Below the pieces are notes generated by a model that was not told the DNA's origin, searched no databases, and was given only the letters and a program-made list of their open reading frames with translations. The translations under genes were made by a program, and so were the position numbers. From positions 23,657 to 87,656 of the forward strand of contig CACOAX010000001.1 in the NCBI GenBank assembly GCA_902625365.1: a stretch of DNA of 64,000 nt. Reading direction: 5' to 3'. Positions 1 through 9,958 of the stretch are shown here, one piece after another. How positions within the stretch are numbered: position 1 is the stretch's first letter; the number at the start of each line of letters is the position of its first letter. The stretch is from an uncultured Alphaproteobacteria bacterium. GTDB taxonomy: Bacteria; Pseudomonadota; Alphaproteobacteria; HIMB59; GCA-002718135.

Positions 1-914
1 TTTTCATCTTCTGCGTAAGTACTTAATCTTTCAACAAGTAAATTAACATTTGAGAAATTATTTCTTTCTCTCATTATATTTCGAATTTCACGAAAATCTT
101 CATATGCATAATGAGAATTAATATTATTAAAATATGACACGACACTATTATTATAGGAATTAAATGCTTTAATTAAATGCCTATCACCATTTTCTCTTTC
201 AAGTGGAACAACACCTTTAGTATTATCATATGTGTATTCACCAAATAATGCATTATATTCCTGAGCGAATCTAGATGATCCCCAGCCACTTTCAATTGCA
301 GCTTGAGCTAAAACGATAGAATTTGGAATCATTTCAACTCTTAAAAGAAGTTTATCAATAATTTCCATTTTATGCTCATTATCAAATTCTATTTTATATT
401 TTTTAGAAAGTTTTCTTAATTTATTTAGTTCATAATTATCAAGTGAATTGTTTTTCTTAAGTTTTGCACGTAAAACAATCAGATCATTTCTATTTGATAA
501 GATTTTTTGGTTTTCATTTATGATTAAAGGTAAAACTATTTTAACAAATTGTTGTTTTTGTTCATTTAAATGTTGGAAATCTTTTTCAGATAAATTAGTA
601 ACTGAATTGACTCGCACATTATTTTCAATAACAGAGTAGGACTTTGGATTTAGTGGTTTAGTTTTAATATTAACTAAAAATTTTTTTTTCTTTACTTCAT
701 TTAGAATGTCATTTTTTAGAATATCTTTTTCTGAATAAAGTTTATTGATTGTATACGAGTCATAAGTCTTACAATAATTTAGAACAAGTTCATCTAGTAC
801 TGCATTTAATTCATATTTAACAGAAAGTTTTGATGGTTTTTCTTCAAAGGCAATAGTTGGAATTGTAATTGCTAGACCAATAATTATCAAAGGATATAAA
901 AATATTTTATGCAT
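1..914 (-). CDS. Glucosaminidase-domain (Bax/FlgJ-like, GH73) protein, 3' end runs off the window
   Basis: Not in ORF track. ATG at 914 (MHKIFLYPLIIIGLAITIPTIA, hydrophobic N-terminus) is in frame with VEMIPNSIVLAQAAIESGWGSSRFAQEYNALFG, a typical Bax/glucosaminidase motif. Confidence 0.85.
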   Translation of the reverse strand, partial: MHKIFLYPLIIIGLAITIPTIAFEEKPSKLSVKYELNAVLDELVLNYCKTYDSYTINKLYSEKDILKNDILNEVKKKKFLVNIKTKPLNPKSYSVIENNVRVNSVTNLSEKDFQHLNEQKQQFVKIVLPLIINENQKILSNRNDLIVLRAKLKKNNSLDNYELNKLRKLSKKYKIEFDNEHKMEIIDKLLLRVEMIPNSIVLAQAAIESGWGSSRFAQEYNALFGEYTYDNTKGVVPLERENGDRHLIKAFNSYNNSVVSYFNNINSHYAYEDFREIRNIMRERNNFSNVNLLVERLSTYAEDE

Positions 915-1467
915 CAATAGGTCTAACTTCCTGTACCTCAGGGACATAATGCTTAAGCATATTTTCTATTCCCATTTTAAGAGTTGCTGTAGAACTAGGG
1001 CAGCCTGAACATGCACCTTGCATATGAAGATATACAACACCATCCTTGAAACTGTCATATATAATATCTCCGCCATCCATCGCTACTGCGGGTCTTACTC
1101 TTGTATCAAGTAACTCTTTTATTTGTTTAACAATATCAGTATCATTTTTTTCATCAACTTTTAGAGAATCATCATTCTTTACGTTAATGATTGTTTTTTC
1201 ACCAGAATTATAATGATCCATTATTGAACCTAATATTAATGGTTTCATAATTTGCCAATCAAGGGATTGCCCTTTTGTAATAGTGATAAAATCACTACCA
1301 AAAAAAACACCCTGCACTCCTTCTACTTCAAATAATCGTTTTGCAAATGGTGAGTTAGCCGCCTCTCCAATATTTTGATAGAAAGCTGTCCCATCATCCA
1401 TTACAACTTTACCGGGTAGAAACTTTAAAGTTTGAGGATTAGGAGTTTGTTCTGTTTGTATAAACAT
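907..1467 (-). CDS. nfuA: NifU/NfuA family Fe-S cluster carrier
   Basis: MFIQTEQTPNP N-terminal scaffold; VRPAVAMDGGDI and GACSGCPSS motifs. Confidence 0.95.
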   Translation of the reverse strand: MFIQTEQTPNPQTLKFLPGKVVMDDGTAFYQNIGEAANSPFAKRLFEVEGVQGVFFGSDFITITKGQSLDWQIMKPLILGSIMDHYNSGEKTIINVKNDDSLKVDEKNDTDIVKQIKELLDTRVRPAVAMDGGDIIYDSFKDGVVYLHMQGACSGCPSSTATLKMGIENMLKHYVPEVQEVRPIDA

Positions 1468-1541
1468 ATGGATTATATATAGTTATTAATATGTCTTTAG
1501 TATGAATTTTATGTGAAAAAATATAAAATTTGGGGAATTTT

Positions 1542-2549
1542 TTACGTTAAAAAACCAATAATTTCTTTTGTTTTCTGTAAAACTGGTTCTGCTACTGCAA
1601 TAGCATTATCTTGACCCTGTTTTAAAATAGAATCGATATAAGAAACATCACTCATAAGTTTATTCATTTCACTCGTAATGGGCTCTAATTTAGATACGGA
1701 TAAATCTGCTAAATCTTTTTTAAATGTTGAAAATTCTTTACCCGCATAATCTTTAATAACACTTTCAATTGATGTATCTTGCAAAGAAGCAAATATCGAT
1801 ATTAAGTTTTCTGCTTCTGGTCTTTTTTCTAGTCCGGTTTTATCTTGTGGTAATGGTTCAGGATCTGTTTTAGCTTTTTTAATTTTTTGTATAATATTAT
1901 CTGCACTATCAGTTAACATTATTCTTGAATAATCAGAAGGGTCAGATTTACTCATTTTTTTTGATCCATCTCGGAGACTCATTACTCTTGTTGCTTCTCC
2001 AAAAATTAAAGGTTCAGGAATAGGAAATAAATCAGTCTTAAAATCATTATTAAATTTTTGCGCTATATCTCTAGTTAATTCCAAATGTTGTTTTTGATCA
2101 TCACCTACAGGAACATGTGTTGCTAAATAAATTAATATGTCTGCTGCCATTAATGTTGGATAAGAAAATAAGCCTACAGAAACGTTCTCACTATTCTTTC
2201 CAGCTTTATCTTTAAATTGTGTCATACGATTTAACCATCCCATTCGGGCAACACAATTAAATAACCATCCAAGTTGTGCATGTTGAGGTACTTGTGATTG
2301 AACAAAAATATTATTTTTATTTGGATTAATCCCAGACGCAATAAAGGCAGCAGTTACTTCTCGTGTTTTATTTGCCAAAACTTTTGGATCTTGCCAAACT
2401 GTAATGGCATGCAAATCGACAACACAAAAAAAACATTCATATTCTTTTTGAAGAGTAACGAAATTTTTAATAGCACCAAGATAATTACCTAAATGGAGAT
2501 CACCTGATGGTTGCACTCCAGATAGAATTCTTTGTGTTGGTTTTACCAT
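1542..2549 (-). CDS. trpS: Tryptophan--tRNA ligase
   Basis: [14 protein letters not shown] (HIGH), [15 protein letters not shown]. Confidence 0.98.
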   Translation of the reverse strand: MVKPTQRILSGVQPSGDLHLGNYLGAIKNFVTLQKEYECFFCVVDLHAITVWQDPKVLANKTREVTAAFIASGINPNKNNIFVQSQVPQHAQLGWLFNCVARMGWLNRMTQFKDKAGKNSENVSVGLFSYPTLMAADILIYLATHVPVGDDQKQHLELTRDIAQKFNNDFKTDLFPIPEPLIFGEATRVMSLRDGSKKMSKSDPSDYSRIMLTDSADNIIQKIKKAKTDPEPLPQDKTGLEKRPEAENLISIFASLQDTSIESVIKDYAGKEFSTFKKDLADLSVSKLEPITSEMNKLMSDVSYIDSILKQGQDNAIAVAEPVLQKTKEIIGFLT

Positions 2550-4099
2550 TTTAATTTTTCTAAATATTCTCTTAATTGATTTATCGATAGAACTCTTAAC
2601 ATAATTATTATTCCTAAATATATAATTATAGCTAAAAAAATCACTGTAGGTAAAAGAATTAATTTTAAAAATAATGATTTTTCACTAATATCAGTATACA
2701 GTATTTCATTTAACCCATTTAATATCAAAAAGAATATCAATGAACTTATTAAGATTTTGATTGAATTCTTTATTAAACTGTTATCAAACTTCATATGATT
2801 TCTAGTAACTAAAAAAAGAAAGAGTAATAATGTATTTACCCAAGCACTAATTGCTGTGGCAAGAGCAATGCCCATTTCTCGCATTGACCCAATTAAAAGT
2901 AGAGATAAAACAACATTACAAATTACACTTATTATTGAAATATAGAGAGGAGTTTTAGTGTCCTCTCTGGCAAAATAACATGCCACTAAAACTTTGATTA
3001 AAATGTAAGCCGGTAAACCTAAAGCAAAATAGCTAAGGACTTTTGAAGTATAAAAAGTGTCTTCTTCTACAAATGCTCCACGCTCAAATAATGTATGAAT
3101 AATTGGTTCAGCTAAAATAAATAATCCAATTGATGAAGGTAATGAAATTAATAACGAAAATTCAATAGATCTATTTTGAATATTATGTGCTTTGTCAGTA
3201 TCTGATTGTTTGATTGCTTTTGATAAACTGGGTAAAAGAACTATACCAAGCGCTATTCCAAAAAGAGCTAGTGGTAGTTGATTTAAACGATCTGCATAAT
3301 AAATATGGCTAATTGCACCAATGGGTAGAAATGATGCAATAATTGTACCAATAACAATATTTAATTGAATAACACCTGAGCCTATAACTCCAGGTAAAAA
3401 TAAGATAAAAAACTTTTTTACTTTTTCATTTAGAACTGGGATTTGAATACGAGGTCGGTAAAAATTTAAAACTGCTCTGTATAAATATAAAAATTGTAAA
3501 ACTCCACCGATCAGAACACCATAAGATAACGCATGTCCAGCAGTTGTAACGTAAGGTGTTAAAAAAAATAATGAAAGAATAAAATTTAAATTTAGAATAG
3601 CAGGAGCAAATGCACCTGCTGCAAAGTGTTCATGAACATTAATAACTGCTGCGAAGTGAGCAGTTAATGAAATAAAAATAATATAGGGAAATGTGATTTT
3701 TCCAAAATAGACAGCAAGCTCAAAAGCTTCTTTATTATTGGTAAATCCTGGTGCTAAAACTTGGATGATAAAGGGCATCCCAAAGAAAAAAATGATTGTT
3801 AAAAACAGGGTAAAAAGAAATAAAATTGATGTTGTATTTTCAACAAAATCAGAAGCTTCACGATTATCTGTTTTATTTAGTACAAGACCTGAAAGCACAG
3901 GAATTAACGCTGCACTATAGGCACCTTCTGCTATAACACTTCGAACATAATTAGGAATACGAAATGCCACAAAAAAAGTATCCGTAATTATTGTAGAGCC
4001 TAGATATCTTGCTATTAATATGTCACGGATAAAACCTAATACTCGACTTAAAAATGTATAAAAGCTGACAGTAAAGAATGATCTAAAAAGACTCTTCAT
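2543..4099 (-). CDS. murJ: Lipid II flippase MurJ (MviN)
   Basis: [25 protein letters not shown] motifs; multi-TM; adjacent to trpS. Confidence 0.95.
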   Translation of the reverse strand: MKSLFRSFFTVSFYTFLSRVLGFIRDILIARYLGSTIITDTFFVAFRIPNYVRSVIAEGAYSAALIPVLSGLVLNKTDNREASDFVENTTSILFLFTLFLTIIFFFGMPFIIQVLAPGFTNNKEAFELAVYFGKITFPYIIFISLTAHFAAVINVHEHFAAGAFAPAILNLNFILSLFFLTPYVTTAGHALSYGVLIGGVLQFLYLYRAVLNFYRPRIQIPVLNEKVKKFFILFLPGVIGSGVIQLNIVIGTIIASFLPIGAISHIYYADRLNQLPLALFGIALGIVLLPSLSKAIKQSDTDKAHNIQNRSIEFSLLISLPSSIGLFILAEPIIHTLFERGAFVEEDTFYTSKVLSYFALGLPAYILIKVLVACYFAREDTKTPLYISIISVICNVVLSLLLIGSMREMGIALATAISAWVNTLLLFLFLVTRNHMKFDNSLIKNSIKILISSLIFFLILNGLNEILYTDISEKSLFLKLILLPTVIFLAIIIYLGIIIMLRVLSINQLREYLEKLKW

Positions 4100-4149
4100 A
4101 AGATAGTTTTACAGTTTGAATAGTGATTTGTATAAATGAATTTTAGGGC

Positions 4150-4401
4150 CTAATTGTGCCCAAAACTATAACCTGCAGATCTTACGGTTCTTATATAATC
4201 CTTTTTATTATTTGTATTTAGCACTTTTCTTAAACGCCTAACATGAACATCAACAGTTCTAGGCTCTACTAACGCATCATTTTTCCATACATGATTTAGT
4301 AATTGATCTCTCGAAAACACGCGGTCTATATTTTCTAAAAAAAATCTTAGAAGATTAAACTCTGTAGGACCAAGTTTAATTTCTTTATCTCCTCTAAACA
4401 C
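4150..4401 (-). CDS. phoB: PhoB-like winged-helix DNA-binding domain only (no receiver domain); mini-regulator or truncated phoB
   Basis: LGPTEFNLL...RVFSRDQLLNHVW...EPRTVDVHVRRLRK...IRTVRSAGY is PhoB-type. In-frame TAA at 4462-4464 and the divergent gene at 4529 leave no room for a receiver domain. Confidence 0.75.
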   Translation of the reverse strand: MFRGDKEIKLGPTEFNLLRFFLENIDRVFSRDQLLNHVWKNDALVEPRTVDVHVRRLRKVLNTNNKKDYIRTVRSAGYSFGHN

Positions 4402-4438
4402 TTTGTGGGTAGCAATATTTAGAGAAATATCACAAAAT

Positions 4439-4456
4439 GTTACAGATTTGTTACAG
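4439..4456 (-). promoter_or_regulatory. Pho box
   Basis: Minus strand CTGTAAC-AAAT-CTGTAAC: perfect 7-nt direct repeat at 11-bp period matching the CTGTCAT-A(A/T)A(A/T)-CTGT(C/A)A(C/T) consensus. Confidence 0.75.
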
Positions 4457-4528
4457 AAGTATTATTTTTTTATCAAATCAATTAAATTATATTTCGAATC
4501 TAATTTTAAATAAATATATGATTTAAAA

Positions 4529-5488
4529 ATGGAGTTAACTTTAATTTATACTATAATAGGTTTTGGACTTGCAGCATATTCTGTTATTGCCAATGACTCT
4601 GTTCAAACTCTCGGAACATTTATAGCTTCAAACCAACGCTTTAAATGGTACTGGTTAGCTACTGCTGGCTCTGCTGTACTAGCATTTACACTTATATATG
4701 GATGGACGATTAACGATGGTGATATTACCTTTGGACGTTTAAATAAAATTCCGTATCAAACTATTCAGTGGTATCATGCTTGTGCTCCATTAATTTTAGT
4801 ACTTCTTACAAGAGGTGGAATTCCTGTATCTACTACTTTCTTAGTTTTGTCTGCTTTTGCATCAACAGTCGTATTAGAAAAAGTTCTGATGAAGTCTGTA
4901 ATTGGTTACGGATTAGCAGCAATGATAGCATATATGGTTTGGATTGGTGTAAGTTATTTTATCAATGAAAAATTTGATAAAGTTCAAGATAAACACAGAA
5001 GACCATGGGTAATAGCTCAATGGTGTACAACTGGTTTTCTTTGGTACACTTGGTTAAGTCATGATATTGCGAATATAGCTGTTTTTCTTCCTCGTGAACT
5101 TCCATTAAGTTTATTAATAGCAATAATTGCTTTATTAAGTGTTCTTTTATTCTATATTTTTTGGGACAGAGGTGGACGTATTCAACGAGTTGTCTATTCA
5201 AAAACTGGAACACGTTATACTCGTTCAGCTACTATAATAGATTTTGTTTATGCAATCATTCTACTCTACTTTAAGCAATACAATGATATTCCAATGTCAA
5301 CTACATGGGTCTTTGTTGGTTTATTATGTGGAAGAGAACTTGCAATCTCTACAATGAACAAAGATTACAAACTTCGTTATGTCTTTCCATTAATTGGAAA
5401 AGATTTTCTAAAAATGATTTTTGGATTAACAGTATCTGTTGGAATTGTTTTATCAATTCATTATGTTTTAATACCAAACGGTTTTTAA
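4529..5488 (+). CDS. Membrane protein, distant PiT/PHO4-like phosphate transporter
   Basis: Two internal repeats (ANDSVQT...PVSTTF and HDIANIAV...PMSTTW) resembling the PiT GANDxAN / PVSTT signatures; multi-TM. Confidence 0.65.
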   Translation: MELTLIYTIIGFGLAAYSVIANDSVQTLGTFIASNQRFKWYWLATAGSAVLAFTLIYGWTINDGDITFGRLNKIPYQTIQWYHACAPLILVLLTRGGIPVSTTFLVLSAFASTVVLEKVLMKSVIGYGLAAMIAYMVWIGVSYFINEKFDKVQDKHRRPWVIAQWCTTGFLWYTWLSHDIANIAVFLPRELPLSLLIAIIALLSVLLFYIFWDRGGRIQRVVYSKTGTRYTRSATIIDFVYAIILLYFKQYNDIPMSTTWVFVGLLCGRELAISTMNKDYKLRYVFPLIGKDFLKMIFGLTVSVGIVLSIHYVLIPNGF

Positions 5489-5982
5489 AGTTTACCTTTT
5501 TTCTTTTTGAGTTCTTTTTTTAATTTAGGCCAATCATTATCACTTAAAATATAGCCTACGCAATTTCGAGAGCCGCACTTACAAATGTGATCCACAAAAT
5601 CTGTATCAAAAGGATAACCATAGTTATAAAAAAGCTCAGCTCCTTTTTTTATTCGTTTAATGGAAGAAATCCAAATTTCATTATCTATTATGTCTACTTC
5701 ACAATTTGGATTACATGAGTGATTAATAAATTTTGCAAAATTATAATCAACATCACCGTCGATATCGTATCGTTTGTTTAGTTCAAAAACATAGACCATG
5801 CCGTTATTTTTATCTTTTTTTGCTTTGCGGATTTGTTTATCTGCTCTTTTATCACCTTCTCTTTTAGTAACTTTATCACCAATATATTGAATTACTTTCT
5901 GGCCTTTTTTAATATTAGTTTTTGCAAATAATCCAGAACCGTGAAGGGGTGATTTTTTTTTAAACCAAATTTTCTGCGTCAT
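5485..5982 (-). CDS. SET-domain protein-lysine methyltransferase with post-SET Cys cluster
   Basis: SPLHGSGLFA, KFINHSCNPN, ELFYNY, CKCGSRNCVGY. Start placed at ATG 5982 because the ORF-track extension overlaps the divergent gene. Confidence 0.9.
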   Translation of the reverse strand: MTQKIWFKKKSPLHGSGLFAKTNIKKGQKVIQYIGDKVTKREGDKRADKQIRKAKKDKNNGMVYVFELNKRYDIDGDVDYNFAKFINHSCNPNCEVDIIDNEIWISSIKRIKKGAELFYNYGYPFDTDFVDHICKCGSRNCVGYILSDNDWPKLKKELKKKKGKL

Positions 5983-6068
5983 ACTGTTATTTTTATACAA
6001 TACACACATATAATAATAAATTGTATTATAAAATGATACTTTTATGTATAAGAGCAATTCTTTAATTA

Positions 6069-6881
6069 ATGAAATTTGAAAATAATAAAAAATTTTACCG
6101 CACAATTTGGATTTCAGATACCCATCTAGGAACCAGCGGCTGTAAAAGCAAAATGCTTTTAGAATTCTTAGAAGAAACAGATTCAGAATATTTATTTTTA
6201 GTAGGCGACATTGTAGATGGATGGCGCATGCGTAAGAAAATGTATTGGCCACAAGAACATAATGATGTGGTTCAAAAAGTTTTAAAGAAAGCGAAAAATG
6301 GAACTAAAGTAGTGCTTATCCCAGGAAATCATGATGAAGTATTAAAAGATTTTACAAATTTTTCCTTTGGAGAAATTTCAATCAAAAACGAAGATACGCA
6401 TCAATTAGCTGATGGAAGGAAAGTACTGATTACACACGGAGATGAATTTGATGCTGTGATCATTAATGCAAGATGGTTAGCTAAAGTTGGTTCAGCGCTT
6501 TATGAATATTTACTAAAGTTAAATAATGTATTTAATTTTATTCGAAGAAAGATGGGCTTGTCTTACTGGTCACTGTCTCAATATTTAAAAAAGAAAACAA
6601 AACATGCAACGAACTTTATTAGTAATTTTGAGTTTGCTGTATCTGATAGAGCTAGAAGAGAAAATGCCGATGTTGTTGTATGTGGACATATACATAGACC
6701 AGAAATAAAAGAATTAAATGGTGTTCTCTATTGTAATGATGGTGACTGGATTGAAAGTTGTACAGCCCTTGTTGAAGATGAAATTGGAAATTTATCAATT
6801 CTTAATTGGCCCGAAGAAAGAGAAAAATTAAAATTAATTTCTTTAGAAGAAAGACGAAAAATAAAAGAGGATGCAGCCTAA
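6069..6881 (+). CDS. plcP: LpxH-like metallophosphoesterase, probable phospholipase C PlcP
   Basis: ISDTHLG, GDIVDGW, PGNHD, THGD, GHIH, NDGDW motifs; overlaps a GT4 gene as in the known plcP-agt pair. Confidence 0.85.
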   Translation: MKFENNKKFYRTIWISDTHLGTSGCKSKMLLEFLEETDSEYLFLVGDIVDGWRMRKKMYWPQEHNDVVQKVLKKAKNGTKVVLIPGNHDEVLKDFTNFSFGEISIKNEDTHQLADGRKVLITHGDEFDAVIINARWLAKVGSALYEYLLKLNNVFNFIRRKMGLSYWSLSQYLKKKTKHATNFISNFEFAVSDRARRENADVVVCGHIHRPEIKELNGVLYCNDGDWIESCTALVEDEIGNLSILNWPEEREKLKLISLEERRKIKEDAA

Positions 6882-7878
6882 AAAAATCGCGTTAATAAGT
6901 GATGCGTGGGTTCCTCAGGTAAATGGCGTAGTTACGACATTTCAAAGCGTTATACCTCTCCTAGAAAAAAAAGGTTTTGAAATTAAAATATTACATCCTG
7001 AGATGTTTAATAATTTTAGTTATCCTTGGTACAAAGAAATTAAAATTTCTTTCAATACAAAAAAAGTTACAGAAAAATTTTTTAAAGAATTTAATCCAGA
7101 TATTGTTCATATAATGACTGAAGGTCCAGTAGGTTTTGCTGGTCGTAAGTACTGTCTTAAAAATAAACTACGATACACTTCTTCTTTTCACACCCGTTTT
7201 CCTGATTATATTAAACAAAGAGCTTATATTCCTAAAAGTTTAACATATTCAATATTAAAAAGACTTCATGATAATTCTGTAAATGTACTTGTTCCATCAC
7301 TTTCAATGGTCGAAGAATTAGAGCGGTATAATTTCAAAAATTTGAAAGTATGGAATAGAGGAGTTGATACTGAATTATTCAGTCCAAATAAAAGAAATAG
7401 AAATGATAATGACATTCAACTGACATATGTTGGAAGAGTTGCTATTGAAAAAAATATTGAAGAATTTTTAAAACTAAAAGGAAATTATAATAAAACTGTT
7501 GTGGGTGATGGTCCTGAATTACAAAAATATATAAATAAGTATCCTGATGTAAATTTTGTTGGTTTGAAACGAGGTAATGAACTTGCAGAATATTATGCTA
7601 ATGCTGATGTATTTGTTTTTCCATCTAAAACGGATACTTTAGGAAATGTAATTTTTGAAGCTCTTGCTTGCGGAACACCAGTTGCTGCATTTCCTGTTAC
7701 TGGACCAAAAGATATTCTTAAAGATACTAAAATAAATACACTTGATGACATACTACGTAATTCAGTAGAAAAAGCTCTTAAAGTGAATAGAAATGATTGT
7801 CGTGATTTTGCTTTGAAATTTACGTGGGAAGATTGTGCTAATGAATTTCTAGATTTACAAATTGTTTCTAAAAACTAA
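6871..7878 (+). CDS. agt: GT4 glycosyltransferase, probable glycolipid synthase Agt
   Basis: DAWVPQVNGVV, TEGPVG, FHTRFPDY, VGRVAIEKN, FPSKTDT...EALACGTPV; coupled to plcP. Confidence 0.8.
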   Translation: MQPKKIALISDAWVPQVNGVVTTFQSVIPLLEKKGFEIKILHPEMFNNFSYPWYKEIKISFNTKKVTEKFFKEFNPDIVHIMTEGPVGFAGRKYCLKNKLRYTSSFHTRFPDYIKQRAYIPKSLTYSILKRLHDNSVNVLVPSLSMVEELERYNFKNLKVWNRGVDTELFSPNKRNRNDNDIQLTYVGRVAIEKNIEEFLKLKGNYNKTVVGDGPELQKYINKYPDVNFVGLKRGNELAEYYANADVFVFPSKTDTLGNVIFEALACGTPVAAFPVTGPKDILKDTKINTLDDILRNSVEKALKVNRNDCRDFALKFTWEDCANEFLDLQIVSKN

Positions 7879-7886
7879 TAACTTTT

Positions 7887-8114
7887 CTAAACAAATAAAT
7901 AGACGTATCCAAAAAGAAAAAGAGGTAATTGTAATCCAAAATTTGTTAATAAAGCTTTATCTCTTGTCATATAACCAACTACTGACCAACCAACTGCACC
8001 TGTTCCATGTATAATAATATTATATGGATATGCATTTAAGTTAGTTAATAATATTCCTGACAAGATTAAAAAGGTACTAAACCACTTAATTCTATTAATT
8101 GATATATCTGTCAT
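7887..8114 (-). CDS. Small membrane protein of unknown function
   Basis: 75 aa, about 3 hydrophobic segments, AGGAG RBS upstream. Confidence 0.7.
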   Translation of the reverse strand: MTDISINRIKWFSTFLILSGILLTNLNAYPYNIIIHGTGAVGWSVVGYMTRDKALLTNFGLQLPLFLFGYVYLFV

Positions 8115-8179
8115 AAAACTCCTAAATACAGAAAATTTTCATTAATATATGTATCTTAAAGATAAAGATATTAATCAAA

Positions 8180-8197
8180 TTGTAACGAATTTTTAAC
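8180..8197 (+). promoter_or_regulatory. Pho-box-like repeat upstream of the DUF47-PiT operon
   Basis: TTGTAAC-GAAT-TTTTAAC, 11-bp period, about 40 bp upstream of the ATG; resembles the box at 4439. Confidence 0.45.
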
Positions 8198-8236
8198 ATT
8201 TCTTTATTTTTTTTTGAAAAGTTCTATAAGCTCGCC

Positions 8237-8899
8237 ATGTTTGGTCTAAAAAGTGCATCATTATTTGGTGGTACCAAGAAACTTGAGAGAGAAATTGATG
8301 AATTTGTCGATATTGTCTCTGAAGTAGGTTTGGTATTTAAATCCATTGTTCCAACTTATCTCAATCATTCCGCAAACGGTAAATTTGAAGAAATGGTTGA
8401 AAAAGTAAAAGATATGGAAAGTAAGGCAGACAAGATTACGAAAGATGTTGAGCATACTCTTTATGAAGAAACACTAATCCCAGATGCAAGAAGTGATGTT
8501 TTACGACTTTTAGAACACATCGATGAGTTAATTGGAATGTACCAAGGGAATTGTTATCACTTCTCTATTCAAAAACCTAATTTTCCAAAAGAGTTTCACC
8601 AAGATTTAATTGAGTTAACAGAGACTGTTGTAAATTGTGTTGAATCATTATGTTTAACCGTAAGATCATTTTTTAGAGATATTAAATCTGTTAGAGATAA
8701 TGCACATAAAGTTACATTTTATGAAAAAGAATCTGATATAAAATTTAGTTCTCTTGCAAGAAGAATTTTTGATTCTGAATTATCTCTAGATCAAAAAATG
8801 CATCTTCGATATTTTGTAGAGAAGATTGATCGTATTTGTGATCAAGCAGAAGACATAGCTGACGAGGTTCAAATTTACGCTATTAAACGTTCCGTTTAA
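8237..8899 (+). CDS. DUF47/PhoU-like phosphate transport regulator
   Basis: Duplicated helical ExxxD motifs (ESKADKI, EKESD, DQAEDIAD); directly upstream of PiT. Confidence 0.9.
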   Translation: MFGLKSASLFGGTKKLEREIDEFVDIVSEVGLVFKSIVPTYLNHSANGKFEEMVEKVKDMESKADKITKDVEHTLYEETLIPDARSDVLRLLEHIDELIGMYQGNCYHFSIQKPNFPKEFHQDLIELTETVVNCVESLCLTVRSFFRDIKSVRDNAHKVTFYEKESDIKFSSLARRIFDSELSLDQKMHLRYFVEKIDRICDQAEDIADEVQIYAIKRSV

Positions 8900-8905
8900 T
8901 TTTCA

Positions 8906-9958
8906 ATGGAAATTACAATTCTAATTTTTTTGTTTGGTGGTCTTTTTTTAGGCTGGTCACTTGGTGCCAATGATGCAGCAAATGTTTTTGGGACTGCTGT
9001 TGGGACACGAATGGTTGGTTTCACAACTGCAGCAATAATTTGTAGTGTCTTTGTTATTCTAGGTGCAATTATTAGCGGAGCAGGTACAACAGAAACTTTA
9101 GGTAAGTTAGGTGCTATTAATGCATTACCTGGTGCCTTTGCAGCATGTGTTGCTGCAGGAATATCTGTTTATTTAATGACCAAAGTTGGCTTGCCTGTCT
9201 CTACAACGCAAGCGATTGTTGGAGCAATTGTTGGTTGGAATTTATACACAGGATCTTCAACTAATCTTCAAGTTTTAATTACTATTTTAGGAACATGGAT
9301 ACTCTGCCCTATCATTGCGGGAATTATTGCAATGGGTTTATTTACTTTTACAAAAAGAGTTATACTCAATAGAAAGTTACATATTCTCAGACTTGATGCT
9401 TATACAAGAACAGCTTTACTTTTAGCGGGTGCTTTTGGTGCTTATAGTTTGGGCGCAAACAATATTGCCAATGTAATGGGTGTCTTCGTACCTATATCAC
9501 CATTTACTGATGTTAATATTGGAAATTTATTTGTCTTTTCCTCAAAAGAACAATTATTTTTGCTAGGTGGTTTAGCAATAGCTGTCGGTGTTTTTACTTA
9601 CTCGAAAAGAGTTATGTTTACCGTAGGTAATGATCTCTTAAAAATGACACCAGTAGCGGCATTTATTGTTGTTATATCGCATTCTATTGTTTTATTTTTA
9701 TTTGCATCTCAGGGTATAAGTGCTTTTTTACAATCTATAAATCTTCCCTCTATACCTCTGGTTCCAGTATCAAGTTCCCAAGCTGTTGTAGGTGGCGTAA
9801 TTGGAATTGGTCTTTTAAAAGGAGGAAAAGAGGTTCAATGGTCAATTGCCGGTAGAATATCTTTGGGTTGGATGACACTACCTATTATTGCAGCATTAAT
9901 TTCTTTAATTGTTTTATTTATTCTAGAAAATATTTTTAATTTAACGGTCTCTTTTTAA
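8906..9958 (+). CDS. Inorganic phosphate transporter, PiT family
   Basis: GANDAANVFG, PVSTTQA, GANNIANVMG, PVSSSQA signatures. Confidence 0.93.
   Translation: MEITILIFLFGGLFLGWSLGANDAANVFGTAVGTRMVGFTTAAIICSVFVILGAIISGAGTTETLGKLGAINALPGAFAACVAAGISVYLMTKVGLPVSTTQAIVGAIVGWNLYTGSSTNLQVLITILGTWILCPIIAGIIAMGLFTFTKRVILNRKLHILRLDAYTRTALLLAGAFGAYSLGANNIANVMGVFVPISPFTDVNIGNLFVFSSKEQLFLLGGLAIAVGVFTYSKRVMFTVGNDLLKMTPVAAFIVVISHSIVLFLFASQGISAFLQSINLPSIPLVPVSSSQAVVGGVIGIGLLKGGKEVQWSIAGRISLGWMTLPIIAALISLIVLFILENIFNLTVSF

Noticed and set aside
448-639. 63-aa plus-strand ORF and the many other short ORFs antisense to or nested in long genes (e.g. 2298, 3738, 11434, 14407, 17904, 22704, 44681, 57627, 60849)
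   Set aside because: Shadow ORFs of well-supported genes with no motifs or independent RBS
5983-6252. N-terminal ORF-track extension of the SET protein (likewise add 34009-34137, desaturase 39660-39695, hsp20 43279-43320)
   Set aside because: They overlap divergent genes or regulatory hairpins; downstream ATGs fit the family N-termini
6069-6881. Lipid A enzyme LpxH
   Set aside because: Coupling to a GT4 gene and the P-scavenging context fit PlcP better
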